Notes under the pieces: model-generated
Database searches by the model: none
Seen by the model: only the letters and a program-made list of their open reading frames with translations
Told to the model about the DNA's origin: nothing
Origin: Camelus ferus
Taxonomy: Eukaryota
Assembly (NCBI RefSeq): GCF_009834535.1
Contig: NC_045713.1
Location: 22,754,001 to 22,818,000, forward strand
Reading direction: 5' to 3'
Length of the DNA stretch: 64,000 nucleotides
Translations under genes and position numbers: made by a program
In this document: positions 25,490-38,424 of the stretch, in pieces
Numbering within the stretch: the stretch's first letter is position 1
Layout of the letters: each line of letters opens with the position of its first letter

Positions 25490-25950
25490 CTGTGTTGACC
25501 TTCAAGGCTGGACATGACCTGGTTCCTGTCTGCCTCCCTCTCTGATGTCTGACTGTCCTCAGATATTCCAGCCATCTTGCTCCCTGGCCCTTGTCCACTT
25601 GTGCCTGCCCCAGGGCCTTTGTACCTGCTGTCCCTGCATTGAAAATACCTACTTCAGATATGTCTGACTCCTTATCATTCGGCTGTAACCCTCCCTGACC
25701 CCCAACGTAAAGTAGCACCTATCACTCTCAATCCCACAACCCAGTTTGTTATCATGATTGGCCTTATCACTCTCTGATATTATCTTTATCTGTGGTTATT
25801 TGTTACTTTCCTTATTTGCCTTGTCCTTCCTCCTCCCTCCCACCCGGTGGCAGGGACTTGTTATCGTGTTTATTGTTAAAAACACAGAGCCCACAATAGC
25901 ACCTGGTATGTGTTAGGCACCCAATGAACATTTTCGGAATGTATGAATCA
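25490..25950 (+). mobile_element. L2a 3' end
   Basis: ccccagggcctttgtacctgctgtccc, gtagcacctatcactctc, cacctggtatgtgttaggcacccaatgaacattt. Confidence 0.8.
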
Positions 25951-27174
25951 CATATTTCTTTCTAAGGAATGTGGTTATTTTATCTAAGAGAAAAAGAAAA
26001 GAAAAGAAATTGTTTCAATGTGAAACTCAACATTTGTCTTTGAATTTTTTTTTATGCAGAATCTGCTGTCTCTGCCATGCAGCTTGGTCGAGGGTCAGGT
26101 AAGTACTCATTTCGTCCTGACTTGGGACTTTTGTTAAGTCTGGTGGAAATGATGGAGGTAAAAAAGTCTCATGTTCTCTATTACTGTGCAAAGCCAGCCC
26201 AGCCACATAGTCGGCATGGCTAAGGAGAGGGGTGGGCAACTCCTGTGCTCATAGCCTCTGGCTTTTTTTATCCTCCCCTCCCAGTTGGAGGGGTTTGGCA
26301 TAACTGGCACATACTTGCTACCAGGTACAATCCTGTGCCCAAGGCAGACATATCTAATCAATCGCAGCACAATTCAACCCTTACACAGAACAGATACTAC
26401 CGATTGATCAAGGAAGGCTGTGAGATGAAACTTACTTGGCATCTTTCATATTTGAACTCTAGATGGGTGTTTAGGTGGCTTTGCATTAGGAATGATGAGA
26501 GTGGTTGTGAGGATGGGAATCTTGCCCTTTCATCTATTTCATCACTCAGCTTTGAAGGCGAATGAAGGAAACCCACATCTTCCGGCATCACGCCACGTTT
26601 TTATTAGCATTGGAGCCACCAGAGCTTGGCCATGTAAGAATATAATTGAACCAAACGGATCTATACCTTGGGGCAAAGCATTTTTTTTTTATTGATTCCA
26701 ACTCTACATTATTATTGTTGCTTAATGAGGAACTAATGTAATTTCTAATGAAGCCACATGGCCCTCAGATAGATGAAGTAAGATTTTATTTCCCTTGTGA
26801 TGCTGTATCCTCTCTTCAATTAAAACCCGGGAAGGAAAATTAATACAAATGTAAGAAATTTTTTTTCCTAAGAGTAGTGTCAGGACAGCAGCTTTTTATT
26901 ACATATGTAAATTTTCTGTGTGATGGGATTTGAGAGACACGTGCCTGGCCCTTGAGTGGATGGGAGATGGTTAAAGTGGTGAAGTAGGCTTCCTGGGGAA
27001 GTTGAATCTGTGGTCTCTGGCTCCACTGCCCTTTCCCCTCCTCCTGGCGTCACTGTCCATTGGAGCACCCCTCCCCACGCCCCTGCTGTTGGCTGCCAGT
27101 TATGCATAGAAAAATTTGAGAAATGGAGTTTTTTCTTGAAGTAACTTACTACCATTATTATTATTTTGGTTTTG

Positions 27175-27795
27175 TATTTTTTTAACTTAAAAATTATACA
27201 ATTTTTTTTACAATATACAATTGTACAGTAATTTTTAAGGTTATTTTCCATTTACAGTATTACAAAATATTGACTATATTCTCTGTGTTGTACAATACAT
27301 CCTTGAGCCTGTCTTACAACCAATAGTTTGTGCCTGGCTTTTCCCCTCCTCCTGTGCTGCCCCTCTCCTACTTCACACTGGTAACCACTAATTTGTTTCC
27401 TATACCTGTGAGTCTGCTTCTTTTTTTGTTATATTCACTAGTTTGTTGTATTTTTTAGGTTCCATATATAAGTGATGTATAATATTTGTCTTTGTCTAAT
27501 TTCACTTACTATAATGCTGTTCAAATTCATCCATGTTGCTGCAAATTCCATTATTTCATTCTTTTTTATGTCTCAGTAGTATTCTATTGTGTGTGTGTAT
27601 ATACATATACACATACATACATACCACTTCTTCTTTATCCATCATCTGTCAGTGGACACATAGGTTGCTATCATATCTTGAAATTTGTAAATAATGCTGC
27701 TGTGAACATTGGGGCTCATGTGTCTTTTCAAAATGGTGTTTTAATTTTTTTCAGATATATACCCAGGAGTGGAATTGCTGGGTCATATGGTAGTA
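27175..27795 (-). mobile_element. Laurasiatherian-type L1 3' UTR
   Basis: ggtaaccactaatttgtttcctatacctgtgagtctgc, gatatatacccaggagtggaattgctgggtcatatggtagt. Confidence 0.9.
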
Positions 27796-28370
27796 ATTTA
27801 TTGATGTGAAACTCATATAAAATTAGCCATTTTAAAGTGAACAATTTAGTTGTGTTTGATATATTCACAGTGTTGTGCAACCATCACCTCTAAACATATT
27901 CGTCACCCCAAAAGGTAACCCTGTGAGCTGTCACTTCCCATTCCCCCTCCTCCCAGCCTATGGCAGCCACTAATCTGCTTTCTCTCTCTCTGGATTTGCT
28001 CATTCTGGACATCTTATATAAATGAATCCAAAAATATGCGGCCTCTTGTGACTGGTTTCTTTCACTGAGCATAATGTTTATGAGATTCAGCTATGTTGGC
28101 ACGTGGAATGTCAGTGCTTCATCCCTTCCCTGGATGAATCATGTTCCATTGCATGCATGGAACACATTTGTTTATCGACTTGTCTGTTGGTGGATATTTG
28201 GGTTGTTTCTGTGCTTTGGCTATTATGAATAGAGCTGCTGTGAACATGTGTGTACAAACATTTGTTTAAACACTTGTTTTCCATTCTTTTGGGTATATAC
28301 CTAGAAGTGGATTTGCAGTGCCATAGAGTACTTTTGTGTTTAACTTTTTGAAGAACCAACAAACTTTGTG
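27796..28370 (-). mobile_element. L1MB-type 3' end
   Basis: ccattttaaagtgaacaatttagt...gttgtgcaaccatcacc, ggcagccactaatctgctttc, gggtatatacctagaagtgga. Confidence 0.9.
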
Positions 28371-28774
28371 AATGTGCGAACCAAAAAAAAAAAAAAAAGG
28401 AGTCTCAGCAAGATCTCCAGTGTCTGCTGAGATTTGAAGCCTGGCAGGCTGGCTCCGGGGACTGTGTTTCCAGCCACCATGCTGTCCTGCGTTTGGGGGT
28501 GTCAACCCTGGTTAGCACGTTCTACTCGTCCACTGCCCTGGGGAATGTAGGGGTGGAAGGAGAGTGGAGGGCAGGCTCCTCTCATCTCGAGGGACGAAAT
28601 GTATCATTCCTGGCTGGTATCCCTCTTTTTCCATGTGCCATCTTGACCCCTAAACTTTGGAGAATCCGTGCAGTTGCTGGGTCACTAGACTGAGTCATCA
28701 CTTGATTTGTTGATAGGTTAGTTGACCCAGTTACTCGGTCTTTCTCTTTCTCTCAGGGCTGACAAAGTCAATTT

Positions 28775-28990
28775 GACAAAATGATAACAATTCATTGAGT
28801 ATCAGCTGTGAGCCCTGTGCTAAACTTGAATTAATCTAACTCTTCTATAGCACCTAGGCAGACCAGGTCCCAGCATCTCTCGTTTCCTACCACTGGCGGC
28901 GGAGGTGGGGAGCCCAGAGTGGTGAAGTAACTTGTCCACAGTCACACAGCTTGTAAGTGGCAGAGCTGGAATTTGAACCCAGGTATGTGC
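28775..28990 (-). mobile_element. MIR
   Basis: gtgaagtaacttgtccacagtcacacagcttgtaagtggcagagctggaatttgaacccagg. Confidence 0.85.
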
Positions 28991-30214
28991 ATCTCTGCAG
29001 CCAGGAGTCTCCCTGCTCTGTCTGCAGGCTTCTCCAGACCGCCCCAGGCATCAACATTTTCCACACTAGAGTGAAGATTTTTTAAAATCTCATTACAGTT
29101 TGGGCTTTCCTGAACCCACACAGTCCCCAGAACATCTTGAGATGCTGGGAACTTCTAAATTGGTTGTGAGAAAATGGGAATTCCCATTGGGGGAATGATA
29201 TTCCATTCTTCTCTCTTCCCAGTAAAACCACTAGGAAGCATATTGCAAAACAGAAGTCTGGAATTTACGGTCAAGGTGACTTTTGTTTTTAACTGATTTT
29301 GCATCCTGCCTTCTCAATACTTTGTCAATAGCTGGAGTGAGGTCTGAATTTGTCGTGTGAAGTTGGTCATCTTTCTTCCCCCAGCGGGATGCTTTGCAAA
29401 ACTGCACAGGGATGGTCCAGGCCCCTAGAGTTGCTGGCAGCCCAGGTAGCTGGAGATGGGTGCTTCTCAGGTGAGAGGGAGAAGGGAGTGACAAGGGTGA
29501 CATGGGCAGGTGGGTCCTTTTTCCAGGAAGTCCCTGGCTCCCCAGGCACCAAGCAGTTAAATGCTCTGCCTGGAAAGTAACTTCCCCCAGGTTCCCTTTC
29601 CTGAGCGTGATAAAGCACGAGGGGGGGCTGGGGCATATTTACACCTGCTCCGCGTGCAAGTTTCAATGGCAGTAATTCTCTGACCTTTTAAAATGGATAA
29701 ATCTCCTTGGCAGTGGCATATTTCTGAAGCTTAGCTTGGAGTGGGGGCCGAGGCACTGGGAGACGTGGCCAGACCAGGGAGAAGATTGATTAGCCCCGAG
29801 GGGGTTCTGTTCTGGAAACCTGCCACGCCCATGGCCCCACTCAGGGTGGTTTGGGTAGGAAAAAAGTGTGGTTTTGGCCGGAGTGTGAGTCCTTGCATCA
29901 CCTCCCAGATGGATGAAAGCAGGCAGGCTGTTTTTCAGATTGAGAGTGGATTTATTCCTTTGATCACCTGCCTTCGTCTGCCTCCTCTGTGAGTTCCGAT
30001 GGATGCTCTGTTCTCGTGTCTCTGTTGTTTGCCGTCACAGGGAACACAGGGTGAGAATCTTATTATCACGGGTTCTTTAACTCCCTTGCAGCATCACCAG
30101 GGAGCATAATAACCTCTGTGGCTGGCAGTTCCCCTCCTTTTATCCTCCTTTCCTTCCTTCTCCCTCCAGAGCTCCCAACCAAGAGGTGTGGGAGAACCTG
30201 TAGAGAAGGGTTGG

Positions 30215-30385
30215 GTATTTCTCAGACCTACTATGTGCCAGGTGGAGTCCCACAAGAAAGGTTATTAGTAAACCCATTTGCAGGTGGCGAGCTTCATGCT
30301 CAGAGAGGCAATAACTGTCCCATGTCACCCAGCTCACTGGAGGCAGGACAAGGATTAAAATCCGGGTCTGACTGACTGCGGCGTA
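30215..30385 (-). mobile_element. MIR
   Basis: cctactatgtgccagg...gctcagagaggcaataactgtcccatgtcacccagct. Confidence 0.7.
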
Positions 30386-31342
30386 TTTGCGCTTTCTGAT
30401 GCTGCCTCCAGAGTGGGGAGAGGTGGTGTAGACTTTCCAGAGCGTCTCCTTCCCAATGTTCAGGTTCCTCCCTTATTTCTCAGGGTGGTGCCTACGCTCC
30501 CGTCTGCACTGGGTCTCACCTTCCATCAGCCATTTGTAAGTTCACAGCAGCCCCCCTGTTTAAGAGGCTGGGACTGACTTCCCAGCGATCATTTCCTAAC
30601 AGAAGGAATGCTCTTTCCAGCTCAGCAAGTGTCGGTTCATAATTACCAGTGTAATTAGAGCAGGATTTACCATCTGAGCCTCTGTGGAGGCTGCAAGCCT
30701 GACTGCGTAGGTAGCTCTGGCTTAGAAGGGTGTCTGGTTCCCCAGGGAACCCAAGGAATCTTCTGGGTCCTGCAGAACCATATGGAATTACCAGCAGATC
30801 CAGAGGCTTCCCACAGTTCTAAGAATAATGCCCAGACACCCTGACATGAGCTGGCTACCCCGGCACCTTTCTGACCTTGGAAGCTCTCAGATTCAAAGCC
30901 ACCTCCTTTTAGGAGCCTCTGATGACTGGCTAAAGAATCAGCATCTTTCCTGCCCCATATGTGATCTTTTCTATTGCTGTTTTATCTTCCATGGCATTTA
31001 GCATTATCTGAAATGATACTCCTTTCTTGTGCTCATGTTTATTTACTTGACTCCTTCTTACCAAAATATAAGCTCCTGAAGAGCCATGTCTTGCTCACTT
31101 GTCTTCATCATTCTTGTTGAATTGAAACCTGAGACCTTCGTTGACACCTTGTTATTCCTGTTACACTCTGTCATGTCCCATTGTTTATCTCCATGCCTCG
31201 CTTTTTAATAACTAACCATTTTTTTTCTTTGTGGTTGATGAAGTCTATAAAATTCATAATAGGAAGCACCTTATCTTTTTACTCCATTGGATCCCCAGTA
31301 CCTTGTGTAGTACCTGGTAGGAGGTAGATTCTCAGTGAACAT

Positions 31343-31425
31343 TAGATGGGTGGGTGGATGGATAGATGGATGGATGGGTGGATAGACAGATGGGTAGTCA
31401 GGTGGATAGTTGAATGGATGGGTAG
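31343..31425. repeat. (GGAT)n simple repeat at an L2 tail
   Basis: gatgggtgggtggatggatagatggatggatgggtggatag. Confidence 0.85.
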
Positions 31426-32774
31426 GCAAGTCTGGCTAAAGTTTTCTGGAATACCCCTTGGACACATAAAGGTATGCTCTCTATCTGACAAACCTTATTA
31501 ATTTTACAGTAAAGGCCTTGGGCCCTGTATTTTCTTTTTAATCTGAGATGGGTTGGTTAGAGTTTCCCTGAGCTACTGTATTTCTGTTGGTTTTTCTTGG
31601 TACTGGTCACAGTTTGTGCTTTATATATTTTGAGTCCATGTTCTTTGATTCACAAAGGCGATTTATTGACCAGCACTGATTATGGATTGAGGCTTTTATT
31701 AATATACAATGACCATCTCAAGGTTGGATAATGCTTTCTGCCTTGGGTTTTTCTAAAATCAATGTTACTTTCTATCTGTCTTTGGTTTCCATGGGCCTGG
31801 GCACATCCTTTCATTGTTACTCGTTTAAAATTTCCCCTTGGAAATGCAGATGTCTCTCGGAAGTAGCTGATGGATGAATCTTGTTTATTCACCCCGTCTG
31901 AGACTCATAGCTTTTTAACTGAGGAGTTCAGTATCAGTATAGTTGCCATGGTATACATGTCTGATTACCTGTCATTTAAAAAAATTATTCCCTAAAAAGA
32001 TCTTTTCTTGCTGCTTCATTTATTTTCTCTCTTCTTGGCTCTGCAGATTTCTGTTTGATTTGCTTTTATCTTACCTGCTGATTGGGACGGTAGGTAGGCA
32101 TCCTGTTATTAATTCTACACGTGTTTGCCTTTCACTTCTTTGAAAAGGATGCTGTAACCCTTGTTTCTCTAATAGTCAAGGTCAAGAATGAAATGGCATC
32201 TTTGAACTCCGTCCAGGCAAGATGAGGACATTCAGCTCACCTGCACTTTGCATTTCTCTGCACCTCTTCCATGTTCCCAGGGGTTGTCACTATAATTGGG
32301 ACTTCAGAGCCAGTTTAATGCCCATATGTTATAATTTTGTCACCTTCGTAGTAATTAGATAATGCTTGTGGAGGGGTTAATATGTAAGAGGCACGGTGCT
32401 AAGCACCAAATATAGAGTTTCTTACCTAATCTTCATAAGAACCCGATGAAGGAACTGTCCTTGCCGCCACTTTTTGATGGTGAAAGTGAGTTTTTGGGGT
32501 TTCATAGCTTGTTTGAGAGGGTGGCAGAGCTGCTAGTATGTGGAACTGCCTCTAGCTCTTAACCACAGCTGTCTTGCTCACTGTCAGTGAGGACTGCTGC
32601 CAGCTGTGTGTGGCTTGGAAATGTATTTACACCCAGCAGATCAGCGAGACTCTTACCTGTTCTGTTTCCACCCACAGTACCCCTCCTCGAATTAGATTTT
32701 TGTTATTGACCCCCGACTTCCAGATCAGCACCACCCACATTGTCATGTGCTGAGGAAGCCCCTACAGACTCTGG

Positions 32775-32880
32775 TTAGGATGCAGAATCTGATCCAGTAA
32801 GTCTGGAGTGAGGCCTGAGATCCTGCCTTTCTTACACGCTCTGAAGTGACGCTGACGCGGCGGGTCCGAGCGCCTGTCTG
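32775..32880. mobile_element. MER5A fragment
   Basis: gcagaatctgatccagtaagtctggagtgaggcctgagatcctgcctttc. Confidence 0.75.
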
Positions 32881-32969
32881 TGACAGTGCGATTCCAGATT
32901 ATTCCAGAACCTCGTCCCTCTGCCTGCTTAATTGGCTTTGTTTTTATTGGCACTCTAGCTCATTACTCT

Positions 32970-33165
32970 TTAATGCAGTGGTTAAGCAAATGGCCCCTGA
33001 AGACAACTGCCTTGATTCAAATCCCAGCCTGGCTGCTGACTCACTGGGGTAACAGTGCCATCTCACTGGGTTGTTGTGGGGTTTAAGCAAAGCAAGATAA
33101 ATGAAGTGTTTAGAATGGTGTCTGGCAATTGGGGAGGGTAAGGTGCATGCTTGGTATTATTATTT
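32970..33165 (+). mobile_element. MIR
   Basis: cagtggttaagc...gattcaaatcccagc...gtgtttagaatggtgtctggc...tattattatt. Confidence 0.75.
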
Positions 33166-33884
33166 GCTCCATCGGAGCCCTTCAATGTGTCACAGCACAA
33201 ACCTTTCACTACTTCCCTATCTGCTTCCCCTTTCCCCCTCCCCCAGCTCCTTTCCCAGCCTATGGGATTTGTGCAGACTCTATCCTTAACCTTCAGAGTC
33301 TTCCTGTTTCCTCTGCATGAATCCTCTCCTCATAATGGCTGGAGTCTCACCTCTTCCACGCAGCCCTCCTGGCTAACCTTTCTCAGTCCAACCCTCTCAT
33401 TTAAAATAAATGAGAATATCTACCTCACCATCTAGCTGCAAGAGTACATATTGAACTCTTTGTAACTGCAACTTGAGTAAGAACAGAGCACTGCTGTTGA
33501 GCTACCTGCAGGACTGTTTGTACTGAGTGGGTTGTATAAGCTTGGATTCAAAAGGGAATTGGTCAGGGTAATAAAGGTTTAGAGACTGCTGCGCAGAGAG
33601 AGCAATGGAAGAAGAAGGGAAAAGAGACACAAAGCAGCTACCATTTGGAGGAAAATTTTGGGGGCACATCAGAGATTGTGGAAGGGAACTGTTGGGAAGT
33701 TCTGCACTGTTATGTGCAACATTTCCCCCTTCCCATCACCCTGTGAATGGTTCAGCAAAATGTGCATTTCCTGTTAGTGTTTTGTGGTTTTGGCTCTGTT
33801 TGGGGGTGCGGTGGTGAAGCACTAGGTATGGTCTCAAGCAGACATGGCAGGTCTCAAGCTGACAAGCTGGCCACCATCTACACT

Positions 33885-33980
33885 GCTTGCTCATCTACAC
33901 TGAGGTGGGACTCAGGTGTTAGTAGCTTTGAAAACTTCCCAGGTGATTCCAATGCACAGCCAAGGTTGGGGACCATCAAC
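33885..33980. mobile_element. MER5A fragment
   Basis: ttcccaggtgattccaatgcacagccaaggttggggacca. Confidence 0.8.
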
Positions 33981-35574
33981 TTTAAGCTGTGTGCCCCTCA
34001 TTTGTTGTGTAGGGTGTTCATAGTGTTAAGTGCTCAGAGCAGTTTTTTTTTTTTTTTTTTTTTTTTAAAAGGTGGTGGTCATGTTACTGTGGTCTTCTAA
34101 GTGTGGAGAACAGAGCTAATTCGGTTTCTTCCCTGCAGGGCTTATCAGCCAGCACCTTTCATACCTCATGATATGCGTTGACCATACACGCTTTTAGGGG
34201 AGTATCTCCTAACATGTGGGTACTTGATACCTGCTTGTCTGTGGGCCCGAGAGCCAGTTTCAGGGAGACGGAAAAGATTTCCTGTATGCCTTTACGCTGT
34301 CAGATTTGCTGATGATCGCGGTGCTGGTAAAGGTGACAGTGATTTTGATTATGATCACCTCACTACCAAGCAAAGACCCAAAGACCCAGGAGAGGAATGC
34401 TCAGCCCCCTTCCTGGGGACAGGGTGTCTTCCCTACCAGGTGGCCCAGACTGTCACTTCTAATTTGGGAACCGGTCTTACTTTGCATATGTGATTGAAGT
34501 AATTGCACTGGCTGTTTCTCTTAATCTACGAGATGCTGAGTAGGGATGGGACAGCTAATGGAATTAGTTCTGATTTTCTCTGGATTTTTTTTGCTTCCCA
34601 GTCACTGCCTCTTTGCTCTCCCTAATTGTGAGCTCTGTATCAGGGAGTTGGGGTACATATGATACTGAACTCTCCCCTCTTTCATGGGCTCCTCATGTCT
34701 CAGGATGGATTCCTTACAGGCTACTCCTCATGTGGCTGCTTCACAGCTTTCTGATTGCAGAATGGGCTCCCTAGAGACACAAAGTTGCAAAACGATGTGT
34801 CTTGTCACTGACGGGAATTTCTGGCTCAGGCCCTGCTGTCCTTCCCCAGCCGTTAGTGTGACATTTTCCGTCAGCTCAGGCAGAAGGGTGGTGATGGAAA
34901 GATCGGCTCATCCAACCCAAATGTAGTTCCCCTCGCTGCTCACTGCACATCCTGGTGGCCAGCTTGATTTTCTCACTTCCAACAGATCAGTACAGAAGGA
35001 GTAAGGAATCCACAACCCATGGAACTGAAATTCTGCATCCCCACCTTCCTTGAAAGAGCAGGTGACAGAAGAGGCAGCCAAACATTCCTGACTCCACAGC
35101 CAATGTTACTTCCTCCCTGGAGGCTCGGCTTGGTGGAGTAAATTTCAGAGTCCTGGCATTTTTCATCCCAATTTAGGTTAGACTAGCAAAGGGAGTTTGA
35201 TTTCTAAAAGTGGGACGGTCTTCACATTGTCCATCAGAGGGAGGGAAGGCTGTGAGCATTTATGGGGTTGTGTGCTGCTGGCAGTAGAGTGCCCGGTGTG
35301 CCTTCCAGTAATGGGTAATAAATGTGCAGTTATTTAATTTGTAGCCAGAGCTGCAGCATTATCGATTGCTTGGAACGTCTAAAGCTCTAGACGGTGAAAG
35401 CCCCTTGCACGAAGAAGTGTATCTGTAGCAAATCATCGAGCATTTAAAGTTAAACAGACACACATAAAACATACACAAGGTAATACTCATGGGCCTTACG
35501 AGTGCGGGATTAGAAGTACCAGTGAACTTTGAGGCGCCAGCGCGAGATTCAGACGTGCAGAAGGATGGATGGAT

Positions 35575-36000
35575 AGATGGCATCAGCCTCTGTCCAGATC
35601 CCCCCACTGCTCTTTACCCTCGCTGTGCCCTGGGAGACTTCCCTCTGTAGACCACAGTCCCAGGCTCCCTTGCCCACTGGCTTCTGGTTGGGTTTGGGCA
35701 ATAGAGAGCCATGGCAGTTTATGAGAGGAGGGAGGAGAGGGCAGGGTATTTACAGATCCTGCTCCCTCCCATGGGCTACAATAGTCCTAAATTAAGACAG
35801 CAGGCAACCTTCTCTGTCTGTGTTCAGGCTCAGAGGTTGTGCAGAGCCTGGAATTCCATGGTTACTAGCCCCAGAGTACTCTGGTGGTCGCCCTTGCCCC
35901 TACCCTACACCTTTGTAAACAGTCCCTTTATTAAATTCTTCTCAAATTATCCTAATTCGAGTGTGCCATCTGTTGCCTCCTGGAACCCTGTCTCATATGA
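35575..36000 (+). mobile_element. LTR16-type (ERVL) solo LTR
   Basis: cccttgcccactggcttctggttgggtttgg, cctttgtaaacagtccctttattaaa, gagtgtgccatctgttgcctcctggaaccctg. Confidence 0.85.
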
Positions 36001-36959
36001 TGGGCAAGACATGGCTCATTCCATTACATATAAATGAAGTCACAGTTTAAATGCCATGTTTTCAGAGACACCTCCCTGACCCCTGTTCTTCTCTATTACA
36101 GCATCTGTTTGATTTCCTTTATGGCACTTGTCAAATCTGGGTGTTTTTATTTGACTGGCAAGTCTGTTGTTCATCTCCTCCCCTAGAACAAGGACTTTAA
36201 GCACAGAGAAGTTAAGTGACTTGTCTGAGGCCACACAGCTAGGAGAGGGTAGAAATGCAACTTGAGCTTAGGACTCTGATTCCAAAGGATGCCCCCCACC
36301 CCTCAAACCGGATCCATGCCTAGAGGCTGAGCTGTAGGTGAGGCACTATTTCCTTAGAATCACTCCACCCCCGTTACCTGTATTTATGGTGGACAGAGAA
36401 AGTCGAGTTTCCTGAAACTTTCCATGGCCAGAAGTTGACTTTCCACCAGGCGTTTTGCCCAAATGCAGAGGCAGAGACTGGTTCTCAATGTCTGGGGTCC
36501 TTCCCTTCCTCTGTTTCTCTCTCTCCATCCTCCAGCTCAACCACCAGGACGTCAGGAGCTTGACCCTGTCCACAGACCCATCTTTCTCCAGTCAAGAGGT
36601 GGTTTCCATGCCCAGGCCTGTTGGGGCTGGGGCTGCTCAGATGCTCCAGTGCCTGGGTCCTCCCCAGAGAGTGGGAACTGCCTGACATTCACATAGTAAT
36701 TTGTGATCTGGTTTCCTTTCAAGGGAGAAACACAAAAGAAATCCCCGCTGTGCTTTGCAGAATTGTTAATGATGTGTATTGAAGCGTTTGACCACTGGTT
36801 GAAGCCCACGGGGGTGGGGGGGGGGTGGTTCTCCTAATCTCCCTCAAAGGCCCTAAGGAGGTTGAGATAAAAGCACATGCATACCTGTTACACATCTAGA
36901 AACTACCTCTCCCAGCTATACATCATATATAGATTAAAAAAAAAAAAAAAAAGACACAC

Positions 36960-37640
36960 CTACAGCTTTGTTTCTCTAAATACAAGTATAAAGAAGAAAA
37001 CAAAAATGTTCCTTGATTCCATCACTTAGGTAACTCCTGCTGACATTAAAAATATACTCGGTTAGGCCATTCACATGGGACAGAAAGGCACAAAATGCCT
37101 GTCCCCTTGGTCCCCCAGCCCAGCCTGTCCTACTTCCCAGTGGGTCCCTGAATTCCTTCCAGAAATATGATCTAAGGCGGTGTATGTGTGTGAAAGTGTG
37201 TAGTAGCCTTAAACATGGATACCGAAGCGGTCACACAGAGCACTCCTTTGTGACTTGATTTATTTTTCTCGTATCTTGGAGCTCTTTCTCTGTTAGCACA
37301 CACAGTTCTAGCCCTTTCTTCACGATGGCTGTTTAACATGTCATCTTCTGCCTGTACCGTGATTTGTTTGATCTTGACAGTTAGGCTATTTCCACCAATT
37401 TGCTCTTAGAAACAATATTTCAATGAATATCTTTGTGCATGCATCTTGCTGTATTCTGCAGGGAGATCCATATAGACTATATCCCTGAAGGTGGAACGGC
37501 TCGGTCAAAGGTCAGAGCGTTTTAAATTCCAATCGATATTGCAGAAGTACCCTTCATGATGGTGGTAGCCGCATACGCGATCATATCATTGAATGTCAGT
37601 GTCTGGATCCCCACCCAAGTCGATTAAGTCTAAAAATATT
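36960..37640 (-). mobile_element. L1ME fragment
   Basis: ttgacagttaggctatttccacc, atattcaatgaatatctttgtgcat, ccctgaaggtggaacggctcggtcaaagg. Confidence 0.7.
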
Positions 37641-38033
37641 CAAAGATGCTCACTGTTGGGAGTGGAGGACTTTGTCTGCTGTTTCTCTGTATTACACTTG
37701 CAATTCCCCCTGGTGGTACTTTCCACGTTGAGCTGGATTTTCTTTCCTTGTCTGGCTCCCTCATTGTACTGGTGTCATCTAAGGCCGGATTGGGGTCTTA
37801 AACTAAGCCTCCTCACCCAACTCATCAGCGAGCTTACAGCTGACAACCAGACATGCTGGTTTGAATCTCTCAACTGTTCCCTACGACAACTGCCATGGAA
37901 ACACGTTCTCAGCTCCCAAGGATGTGATTACCACCCAGCTGTGTGTCTGTCTTCTTGATCTTGGCCAGTTGCTGTTTCCTGGAAAAGGAAGATACTGTGT
38001 ACCTCCTGAGGCTGAAATTTCTTGCTCGGCCTT

Positions 38034-38424
38034 TGTATCACTTTGCTTGGGCTGCTGTAATGGATTAATCACAGTCTGGGCAGCTTAAACCACAGATACA
38101 CATTTTCTCGTTGTTCTGGAGACTGGAAGTCCGAGGTAAAGGCTGTCGCAGGGTTGTTTTCTTCTAAGGCCCCTCTCCTAGGCTTGTAGGTGGCTGTCTT
38201 CTCTTCTCTCTGTGTCCTCACATGGACGTCCCTCTGTGTGTTTGTCTGTGTCCTAATCGCCTCTTCTTTTAAGGACATATTGATTACTGCCTACCCATTT
38301 AACCTCATTTTACCCTAATTACCTCTTTAAAGATCCTATCTCCAAGTAGTCACATTCTGAGGTCCTGGAGGGTAAGGACTTCAACATATGAATTTTGGAG
38401 GGGGCACAAGTGCAGCCCATGACA
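38034..38424 (-). mobile_element. MLT1B-like solo LTR
   Basis: TG...CA termini; gtgtcctaatcgcctcttcttttaaggac, gtcacattctgaggtcctggagggtaaggacttcaacatatgaattttgg. Confidence 0.92.

Noticed and set aside
37704-37718. CTCF-like motif (ACCACCAGGGGGAAT on the minus strand)
   Set aside because: Mismatch at a strongly conserved core position, with no supporting context.
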